A stretch of 44,241 bases of DNA from Heptranchias perlo (taxonomy: Eukaryota). The translations under genes were made by a program, and so were the position numbers. How positions within the stretch are numbered: position 1 is the stretch's first letter; every line of letters begins with the position of its first letter. Positions 35,372-44,241 of the stretch are shown one piece after another. The notes beneath the pieces are model-generated. The model did not search any database. It had not been told where the DNA came from and saw only the letters and a program-made list of their open reading frames with translations. The stretch spans positions 1 through 44,241 of the forward strand of contig NW_027138525.1 in the NCBI RefSeq assembly GCF_035084215.1. Direction: 5' to 3'.

Positions 35372-37650
35372 GCCTTCCCATCGGAGACCCTCCCTCTAAT
35401 CCCCCTAACCCTCCCATCGGAGACCCTCCCTCTAATCCCCCGAACCCTCCCATCGGAGACCCTCCCTCTAATCCCCCTAACCCTCCCATCGGAGACCCTC
35501 CCTCTAATCCCCCGAACCCTCCCATCGAAGACCCTCCCTCTAATCCCCCGAACCCTCCCATCGGAGACCCTCCCTCTAATCCCCCGAACCCTCCCATCGG
35601 AGACCCTCCCTCTAATCCCCCTAACCCTCCCATCGGAGACCCTCCCTCTAATCCCCCTAACCCTCCCATCGGAGACCCTCCCTCTAATCCCCCGAACCCT
35701 CCCATCGGAGACCCTCCCTCTAATCCCCCTAACCCTCCCATCGGAGACCCTCCCTCTAATCCCCCGAACCCTCCCATCGGAGACCCTCCCTCTAATCCCC
35801 CTAACCCTCCCATCGGAGACCCTCCCTCTAATCCCCCTAACCCTCCCATCGGAGACCCTCCCTCTAATCCCCCGAACCCTCCCATCGGAGACCCTCCCTC
35901 TAATCCCCCGAACCCTCCCATCGGAGACCCTCCCTCTAATCCCCCTAACCCTCCCATCGGAGACCCTCCCTCTAATCCGCCTATCCCTCCCATCAAAGAC
36001 CCTCCCTCTAATCCCCCTAACCCTCCCATCGGAGACCCTCCCTCCAGTCCCCTAACCCTCCCATCGAAGACCCTCCCTCTAATCCCCCTAACCCTCCCAT
36101 CGGAGACCCTCCCTCTAATCCCCCTAACCCTCCCATCGGAGACCCTCCCTCTAATCCCCTGAACCCTCCCATCGAAGACCCTCCCTCTAATCCCCCTAAC
36201 CCTCCCATCGAAGACCCACCCTCTAATCCCCCTAACCCTCCCATCGAAGACCCTCCCTCTAATCCCCCTAACCCTCCCATCGAAGACCCTCCCTCTAATC
36301 CCCCTAACCCTCCCATCGAAGACCCTCCCTCCAGCCCCCTAACCCTCCCATCGGAGACCCTCCCTCTAATCCCCCTAACCCTCCCATCGAAGACCCTCCC
36401 TCTAATCCCCCTAACCCTCCCATCGGAGACCCTCCCTCTAATCCCCCTAACCCTCCCATCGAAGACCCTCCCTCTAATCCCCCTAACCCTCCCATCGAAG
36501 ACCCTCCCTCTAATCCCCCTAACCTTCCCATCGAAGACCCTCCCTCTAATCCCCTGAACCCTCCCATCGAAGACCCTCCCTCTAATCCCCCTAACCCTCC
36601 CATCGAAGACCCTCCCTCCAGCCCCCTAACCCTCCCATCGAAGACCCTCCCTCCAGTCCCCTAACCCTCCCATCAAAGACCCTCCCTCTAATCCCCCTAA
36701 CCCTCCCATCGAAGCCCCTCCCTCCAGTCCCCTAACTCATCGAAGACCCTCCCTCCAGTCCCTTAACCCATCGAAGCCCCTCCCTCCAGTCCCCTAACTC
36801 ATCGAAGACCCTCCCTCCAGTCCCTTAACCCATCGAAGACCCTCCCTCCAGTCCCCTAACTCATCGAAGACCCTCCCTCCAGTCCCCTAACTCATCGAAG
36901 CCCCTCCCTCCAGTCCCCCTTAACCCATCGAAGACCCTCCCTCCAGTCACCCTAACCCATCGAAGACCCTCCCTCCAGTCCCCCTAACCCATCGAAGACC
37001 CTCCCTCCAGTCCCCTAACCCATCGAAGCCCCTCCCTCCAGTCCCCAACCCATCGAAGCCCCTCCCTCCAGTCCCCTAACCCATCGAAGCCCCTCCCTCC
37101 AGTCCCCCTTAACCCATCGAAGACCCTCCCTCCAGTCCCCCTAACCCATCGAAGACCCTCCCTCCAGTCCCCCTAACCCATCGAAGACCCTCCCTCCAGT
37201 CTCCCTAACCCATCGAAGCCCCTCCCTCCAGTCCCCCTAACCCAGCGAAGACCCTCCCTCCAGTCCCTTAACCCAGCGAAGACCCTCCCTCCAGTCCCCC
37301 TAACCCATCGAAGACCCTCCCTCCAGTCCCCTAACCCATCGAAGACCCTCCCTCCAGTCCCCCCAACCCATCGAAGCCCCTCCCTCCAGTCCCTTAACCC
37401 ATCGAAGACCCTCCCTCCAGTCCCCTAACCCATCGAAGCCCCTCCCTCCAGTCCCCCTAACCCATCGAAGCCCCTCCCTCCAGTCCCTTAACCCATCGAA
37501 GACCCTCCCTCCAGTCCCCTAACTCATCGAAGCCCCTCCCTCCAGTCCCCCTTAACCCATCGAAGACCCTCCCTCCAGTCACCCTAACCCATCGAAGACC
37601 CTCCCTCCAGTCCCCCTAACCCATCGAAGACCCTCCCTCCAGTCCCCCAA
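35372..37650 (+). repeat. C-rich minisatellite in the presumed TAPBPL 3' UTR: 36-bp unit CCCTCCCATCGGAGACCCTCCCTCTAATCCCCCTAA grading (~36700) into a ~31-bp unit CCCATCGAAGACCCTCCCTCCAGTCCCCCTAA
   Basis: Tandem units lying between the stop codon and the first downstream AATAAA. Confidence 0.95.
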
Positions 37651-37676
37651 TGTGTTGTTTGACCAATGATGGTGTG

Positions 37677-37682
37677 AATAAA
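37677..37682 (+). terminator. Putative TAPBPL polyadenylation signal AATAAA
   Basis: First AATAAA after the stop codon, with TGTGTTGTTT upstream and a GT-rich element (GTGTCTTGTGTG) ~27-38 nt downstream. Confidence 0.7.
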
Positions 37683-37782
37683 GTTTGATTGAATGAATCC
37701 CTGTGACGGTGTCTTGTGTGACATACCGGGAAGTGAGGTGACCTCACTTCCTGCCTCCAGCTCGGCCAGTTTGGAGGGTCCG

Positions 37783-39283
37783 GATTGCCTTTATATCAAT
37801 GGGGATTGGAGTACAAGAGTGAGGAGGTCTTACTACAATTGTACAGGGGCTTTGGTGAGACCTCACCTGGAGCACGGCGTCCAGTTTTGGTCTCCTTATC
37901 TAAGGAAGGAGATACTTGCCTTGGAGGCGGTGCAACGAAGGTTCACCAGATTGATTCCTGGGGATGAGAGGGTTGTCCTATGAGGAGAGGTTGAGTAGAA
38001 CGGGCCGAGACTCTCTGGAGTTTAGAGGAACGAGAGGCGATCTCATTGAAACAGAGAAGATTCTGAGGGGGGCTTGACAGGGTAGATGCCGAGAGGAGAT
38101 GGCAGTGGTTGTTGGAGGCCAATCATCTCAGCCCCAGGACATTGCTGCAGGAGTTCCTCAGGGCAGTGTCCTAGGCCCAACCATCTTCAGCTGCTTCATC
38201 AATGACCTTCCCTCCATCATAAGGTCAGAAATGGGGATGTTTGCTGATGACTGCACAGTGTTCAGTTCCATTCGCAACCCCTCAGATAATGAAGCAGTCC
38301 GAGCCCGCATGCAGCAAGACCTGGACAACATCCAGGCTTGGGCTCATAAGTGGCAAGTAACATTCGCGCCAGATAAGTGCCAGGCAATGACCATCTCCAA
38401 CAAGAGAGAGTCTAACCACCTCCCCTTGACATTCAACGGCATTACCATCGCCGAATCCCCCACCGTCAACATCCTGGGGGTCACCATTGACCAGAAACTT
38501 AACTGGACCAGCCATATAAATACTGTGGCTACGAGAGCAGGTCAGAGGCTGGGTATTCTGCGGCGAGTGACTCACCTCCTGACTCCCCAAAGCCTTTCCA
38601 CCATCTACAAGGCACAAGTCAGGAGTGTGATGGAATACTCTCCACTTGCCTGGATGAGTGCAGCTCCAACAACTCTCAAGAAGCTCGACACCATCCAGGA
38701 CAAAGCAGCCCCGCTCGATTGGCACCCTAAACATTCACTCCCTTCACCACCGGCGCACCGTGGCTGCAGTGTGGACCATCCACAGGATGCACTGCAGCAA
38801 CTCGCCAAGGCTTCTTCGACAGCACCTCCCAAACCCACGACCTCTACCACCTAGAAGGACAAGGGCAGCAGGTACATGGGAACAACATCACCTGCACGTT
38901 CCCCTCCAAGTCACACACCATCCCGACTTGGAAATATATCGCCGTTCCTTCATCGTCGCTGGGTCAAAATCCTGGAACTCCCTTCCTAACAGCACTGTGG
39001 GAGAACCTTCACCACACGGACTGCAGCGGTTCAAGAAGGCGGCTCACCACCACCTTCTCAAGGGGCAATTAGGGATGGGCAATAAATGCCGGCCTCGCCA
39101 GCGACGCCCACATCCCGTGAACGAATAAAAAAAAGGGTGTTTCCCCCTGACCGGAGAGTCTAGAACCAGGGGGCACAGTCTCGGGATAAGGGGTCGGCCA
39201 TCCGAGATTGAGATGAGGAGGAATTTCTTCACTCGGAGGGTTGAGAATCTTTGGAATTCTCCACCCCCCAGAGGGCTGCGGAG
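37783..39283 (+). mobile_element. CR1-type LINE fragment split by a nested LINE (5' part 37783-~38095, 3' part 39135-~39283)
   Basis: GLEYKSEEVLLQLYR.LVRPHLEHGVQFWSPYLRKEILALEAVQRRFTRLIPG...GLDRVDAER resumes after the insert as VFPLTGESRTRGHSL...RRNFFTRRVENLWNS. Confidence 0.88.
38095..39134 (+). mobile_element. 5'-truncated non-LTR retrotransposon (CR1/L2-group) RT fragment with intact 3' end and polyA
   Basis: GVPQGSVLGPTIFSCFINDL and FADD RT motifs, ILGVTID, YKAQVRSVMEYS and SWNSLP. Ends in AATAAAAAAAA (39124-39134). A frameshift lies near 38710. Confidence 0.92.
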
Positions 39284-42095
39284 CGATTATCAGACAAAAT
39301 TTGACACCGAGACACGTAAGGAGATATCAGGGACAGGTGACCAAAAGCTTGGTCAAAGAGGGAGGTTTTAAGGAGCGTCTTAAAGGAGGAGAGAGGGAGG
39401 CGGAGAGGTTTAGGGAGGGAATTCCAGAGCTTACGGCCCGAGGCAGCTGAAGGCACGGCCGCCAATGGTGGAGCGATGGGAATCGGGGGGATGAGCGAGA
39501 GGCCGGAATTGGAGGAACGCAGAGATCTCGGAGGGTCGTAGGGGGCTGGAGGAGGTTACAGAGATAGGGAGGGAGGGCGAGGGCCATGGAGGGATTTGAA
39601 GAGGAGGATGAGAATTGTAGGGGGCTGGAGGAGGTTACAGAGATAGGGAGGGAGGGGCGAGGGCCATGGAGGGATTTGAAGAGGAGGATGAGAATTGTAG
39701 GGGGCTGGAGGAGGTTACAGAGATAGGGAGGGAGGGGACGAGGGCCATGGAGGGATTTGAACAGGAGGATGAGAATTGTAGGGGGCTGAAGGAGGTTACA
39801 GAGATAGGGAGGGAGGGGGACGAGGGCCATGGAGGGATTTGAACAGGAGGATGAGAATTGTAGGGGGCTGGAGGAGGTTACAGAGATAGGGAGGGGGGCG
39901 AGGGCCATGGAGGGATTTGAAGAGGAGGATGAGAATTGTAGGGGGCTGGAGGAGGTTACAGAGATAGGGAGGGGGGGCGAGGGCCATGGAGGATTTGAAG
40001 AGGAGGATGAGAATTGTAGGGGGCTGGAGGAGGTTACAGAGATAGGGAGGGGGGGGGCGAGGGCCATGGAGGGATTTGAAGAGGAGGATGAGAATTGTAG
40101 GGGCTGGAGGAGGTTACAGAGATAGGGAGGGAGGGGGCGAGGGCCATGGAGGGACTTGAACAGGAGGATGAGAATTGTAGGGGCTGGAGGAGGTTACAGA
40201 GATAGGGAGGGAGGGGGCGAGGGCCATGGAGGGATTTGAACAGGAGGATGAGAATTGTAGGGGGCTGGAGGAGGTTACAGAGATAGGGAGGGGGGCGAGG
40301 GCCATGGAGGGATTTGAACAGGAGGATGAGAATTGTAGGGGCTGGAGGAGGTTACAGAGATAGGGAGGGAGGGCGAGGGCCATGGAGGGATTTGAACAGG
40401 AGGATGAGAATTGTAGGGGCTGGAGGAGGTTACAGAGATAGGGAGGGAGGGGGCCGAGGGTCATGGAGGGATTTGAACAGGAGGATGAGAATTGTAGGGG
40501 GCTGGAGAGGTTACAGAGATAGGGAGGGAGGGGGGCGAGGGCCATGGAGGGATTTGAAGAGGAGGATGAGAATTGTAGGGGGCTGGAGGAGGTTACAGAG
40601 ATAGGGAGGGGGCCGAGGGCCATGGAGGGATTTGAAGAGGAGGATGAGAATTGTAGGGGGCTGGAGGAGGTTACGGAGATAGGGAGGGGGGGCGAGGGCC
40701 ATGGAGGGATTTGAACAGGAGGATGAGAATTGTAGGGGGCTGGAGGAGGTTACAGAGATAGGGAGGGGGGTGGGCGAGGGCCATGGAGGGATTTGAAGAG
40801 GATGAGAATTTTAAATTCGAGGCGTTCCCGGATTGGGAGCCAACGTTGGTCCAGCGAGCACAGAGGGGGTGAGGGGTGAACGGGACTCGGTGCGAGTTAG
40901 GATACGGGGGGGGGCAGCAGAGTTTTGGATGAGCTGGAGTTTACAGAGGGTGGGCGATGGAGAGGCCGGCCAGGAGAGCACTGGGATAGTCCAGTCTGGA
41001 GGTGACAAAGGCACGGAAGAGGGGTCCAGCAGCAGATGAGCTGAGGCAGGGGCGGAGACGGGAGATGTTACAGAGGTGGGAGTCGGCGGTCTCGGTGACG
41101 GAGCGGAGATGGGCTCAGAAACTCATCTCAGGGTCAAATCGGACGCCAAGGTCGCGGACAGTCTGGTTCAGCCTCAGGCAGAGGCCCGGGAGAGGGACGG
41201 AGTCGGTGGCCAGGGGCCGGAGACGATGGCCTCGAGCGTCGCAGGCGATTCTCCGGCTACGACTGGACGGGTAACCAGCCGAGGGCGGTCCCACCCGGCT
41301 GGACGACGGAGAAGAGGCTTTGGACGAGGATGGTGTGGTCGCCCGTGTCAAAAAGCTACGGACAGACGGAGAAGGACGAGGAGGGATGGTTTTAACCATC
41401 GCCGCGATCGCAGAGGGTGTCACTTGCGACTTCGATGAGGGCCCTTTCAGTACCCTGACAGGGGTGGACACCTGATTGGAGGGGTTCACACATCGAAAGA
41501 TGGGGAATGGTCTTGGGGGGGCAACAAGACGTCCAAGGACTTTGGAGAAGGAAGGGAGGTTGGAGATTGGGGTGGTGGTTTGCAAGGACAGAGGCGGGGG
41601 GTCAAGGGTTTTTTTTTGAGGAGGGGGGGCGATAACGGCAGATTTGAAGGAGAGGGGACAGTACCTGAGGAGAGGGAGGCCCAGGACGGACAGTTGGGCC
41701 GTCAGCAGTTTGGTGGGAATAGTGTCGAGGGAGCAGGAGATGGTCAAGATGAGCTCGTGATGGAGAGGGAGGTCAGCCTTGCCCGTGATTGGCGCGATGG
41801 GAGTCGAGCGAGGCCACGTTCAGAGGGCAGGGCGGAGAGGGCGGCCGTGGATATGGACAGGGGGAGTCTGTATTGGAGGGCGAGATTCAGGGAGGACCGG
41901 AGGGCGGCGATCCCAGAGGAGAGAGAGCACGAGGAGTCGAGACGAAGCCTGAAACCTTCGAGGACGAGGGGCCGCTCGGTGCAGAGGCTGAGGGAGGAAA
42001 GCAGAGAAGGTATCTGGGTGAGGAACTTGGCCTGGTACTCGGGCGGGTGGAGGGTTTTAAAGGAGAGGTGAGAGGGGTGAGATGCTCGAAGGTGG
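39284..42095 (-). mobile_element. Degenerate L2-type LINE (endonuclease and RT fragments) hosting an ~80-bp array
   Basis: Minus-strand peptides FLTQIPSLLSSLSLCTERPLVL (APE-like), SCSLDTIPTKLL, PISNLPSFSKVL, VRDLGVRFDPEMSF, KLQLIQNSAA..ILTRT and LWNSLPKPLR..SSFKTLLKTSLFDQAF. Confidence 0.85.
39535..40812 (-). repeat. ~80-bp minisatellite, ~16 copies, derived from the L2 ORF2 segment ILILLFKSLHG...PPYLCNLLQP
   Basis: GGGCCATGGA recurs at 39581, 39661, 39742 and onward; continuous with unique L2 sequence on both sides. Confidence 0.93.
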
Positions 42096-42114
42096 AGGGA
42101 GGTGCCGGAGGAGC

Positions 42115-42848
42115 AGGGGGACAGAGGGATCTGGGGGTATATGTGCACAAATCGTTGAAGGTGGCAGGGCAGGTTGAGAACGTGGTTAGAAAAGTCTACG
42201 GGATCCTGGGCTTTATAAATAGAGGCATAGAGTCCAAAAGTAAGGAAGTCATGATGGACCTTTATATAAAACACTGGTTCGGCCACAACTGGAGTATTGG
42301 GTCCAGTTCTGGGCACCGCACTTTAGGAAAGATGTGAAGGCCTCAGAGAGGGTGCAGAGGAGATTTACTGGAATGGTTCCAGGGATGAGGGACTTTAGTT
42401 ACGGGGATAGACTGGAGAAGCTGGGGTTGTTCTTGGATCAGAGACGGTCGCGAGGAGATTTGATCGAGGGGGTCAAAATCATGGAGGGTCCAGACAGAGT
42501 AGATAGAGAGAAACTGTCCCCATTGGGGGAAGGGTCAAGAACCAGAGGACACGGATTTAAGGTGATTGGTGAAAGGAGCAAAGGTGAGATGAGGAGAGGC
42601 TTTTTCACACAGCGAGTGATCGAGATCTGGAATGCACTGCCCGAGGGGGAGGTGGAGGCAGATTCAATCATGGCCTTCAAAAGGGAACTGGATAAATACT
42701 TGAAGGGAAAAAATGTGCAGGGGCTTCGGGGAAAGGGCGGGGGAGTGGGACTGGCTGGGTTGCTCTTCCAGAGAGCCGGCACGGACTCGATGGGCAGAAT
42801 GGCCTCCTTCCATGCTGTCACCTCTCTATGGTTCTATGATTCTAATGT
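42115..42848 (+). mobile_element. CR1 LINE 3' fragment with (TTCTATG)-type tail
   Basis: QRDLGVYVHKSLKV...GILGFINRGIESKSKEV; ERVQRRFTGMVPGMRDFSY...SRTRGHGFK...FFTQRVIEIWNALP...AFKRELDKYL. Tail TCTATGGTTCTATGATTCTAATG. Confidence 0.92.
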
Positions 42849-44002
42849 TATATTCTATTATATTTTATTTTATATATTATTATATTATTACTATATTGTA
42901 TTATTGCATATAGTATGTTACATATTCTGATAATTATCATATTATTTTATATATTACATTATATTATGATATTGTATATTTTGATAACTTAAATTATATT
43001 TATATCAAAGATTATTCTATATTATTATAGTGAAGATTATTCTATATTATATTTATATTATATTGATGAGTATTCTATATTATATTGTATTAATGATTAT
43101 TCTATATTATATTATATTGATGATTATTATATTATATTATATTATATTATATTGATGATTATTCTATATTATATTATATTGATGATTATTATATTATATT
43201 ATATTGATGATTATTATATTATATTATATTGATGATTATTATATTATATTATATTGATGGTTATTATATTATATTATATTGATGATTATTCTATATTATA
43301 TTATATTGATGGTTATTCTATATTATATTATATTGATGATTATTATATTATATTATATTGATGATTATTATATTATATTGATGATTATTATATTTATATT
43401 ATATTGATGATTATTCTATATTATATTATATTGATGATTATTATATTATATTATATTGATGATTATTCTATATTATATTTATATTATATTGATGATTATT
43501 CTATATTATATTATATTGATGATTATTATATTATATTATATTGATGATTATTATATTATATTGATGATTATTATATTTATATTATATTGATGATTATTCT
43601 ATATTATATTATATTGATGATTATTCTATATTATATTATATTGATGATTATTCTATGACATATTATGGTGATTATTTTATGATCTTTTCTATATTTTGAT
43701 TATTGTTTGTTTTATTATATATTATGATATTTTATATATTGATGATTATATTATTATAGATTGTCTATTTTGATGATTATATTGATATTAAATTAGAGTT
43801 TATATATTTCGTGGTATTTCGATCATTGTTTTATATTAATTTATATTATTTTACATTTTATGATAATTTGATTATTGTTTTAATGTTAGATTTTATATAT
43901 TGATTTTATTTATGATATTTCTTTTTTTTTACTTTATTATGTTCTATTTTTAAATTTTTTTTCAATTTTTCAATTTTAAATTTTAATTTTTTAATTTTAT
44001 TT
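42849..44002 (+). repeat. AT-rich low-complexity array (ATTGATGATTATT(CT)ATATTATATTAT)n degrading into T-rich sequence
   Basis: Over 85% AT; recurrent unit most regular at ~43060-43660. Confidence 0.9.
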
Positions 44003-44132
44003 NNNNNNNNNNNNNNNNNNNNNNNNNNNNNNNNNNNNNNNNNNNNNNNNNNNNNNNNNNNNNNNNNNNNNNNNNNNNNNNNNNNNNNNNNNNNNNNNNN
44101 NNNNNNNNNNNNNNNNNNNNNNNNNNNNNNNN
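44003..44132. other. Assembly gap (130 N)
   Basis: Run of N flanked by low-quality T-rich sequence. Confidence 1.
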
Positions 44133-44241
44133 AGTTTTTTTAACTATTTATTTTTAAATTTTGTTCTTTTTAAAATTTTAATTTTTTAATTTTTAATTTT
44201 TAAAATTTTTTTGGTGAAATTTTAAATTTTCTTTTTTTTCA

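Noticed and set aside
12504-36603. Periodic ORFs such as (MGQCRGSFTLYLTLYLPWECL)n, (GPLGLCTVGVNGKGF)n, (YRYLPEREGTERHQSV)n and (PSNPPNPPIGDP)n
   Set aside because: Unit lengths are multiples of 3, and the ORFs lie in introns or UTR of a well-supported spliced gene. There is no sign of codon-level constraint.
3350-37650. CRISPR-like repeat arrays
   Set aside because: Head-to-tail repeats without unique spacers, in a eukaryotic spliced-gene context, with no cas genes.
35372-37650. Interstitial telomere
   Set aside because: Only isolated CCCTAA hexamers inside a longer unit; no (CCCTAA)n run.
38099-38854. Functional reverse transcriptase gene
   Set aside because: 5'-truncated (no endonuclease or N-terminal RT motifs) and frameshifted; an ordinary dead LINE copy.
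43700-44241. T-rich sequence flanking the gap as a biological element
   Set aside because: Irregular low-complexity contig ends next to Ns; likely low-quality consensus.

Overview
Vertebrate genomic DNA, most likely from a cartilaginous fish (inferred from the repeat families and gene content). About 80% of the window is tandem repeat. Two protein-coding genes lie on the + strand, hidden among the arrays. (1) The terminal exon of an ENaC alpha-type gene (SCNN1A-like, ~2944-3326) encodes the pre-M2/TM2 motif and a PPPAY PY motif but carries several +1 homopolymer frameshifts. Its presumed 3' end (a ~460-bp CpG-rich AATAAA cassette) is present in four copies inside a ~26-bp minisatellite. (2) A complete, in-frame 8-exon TAPBPR/TAPBPL (tapasin-related MHC class I peptide editor) gene: join(12378..12414,16423..16662,19793..20083,22323..22658,28643..28972,29473..29577,34992..35020,35201..35215), 1383 nt, 460 aa. 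It has an ISRE/CCAAT/ETS promoter and a polyA signal at 37677. Almost every intron and both presumed 3' UTRs are inflated by their own private minisatellite that runs to within 10-50 nt of the splice sites, and at least two arrays visibly grew out of LINE ORF2 coding fragments. The last 6.5 kb is nested CR1 and L2 LINE debris, an AT-rich array and a 130-N gap. Almost all long ORFs in the supplied track are repeat artefacts.
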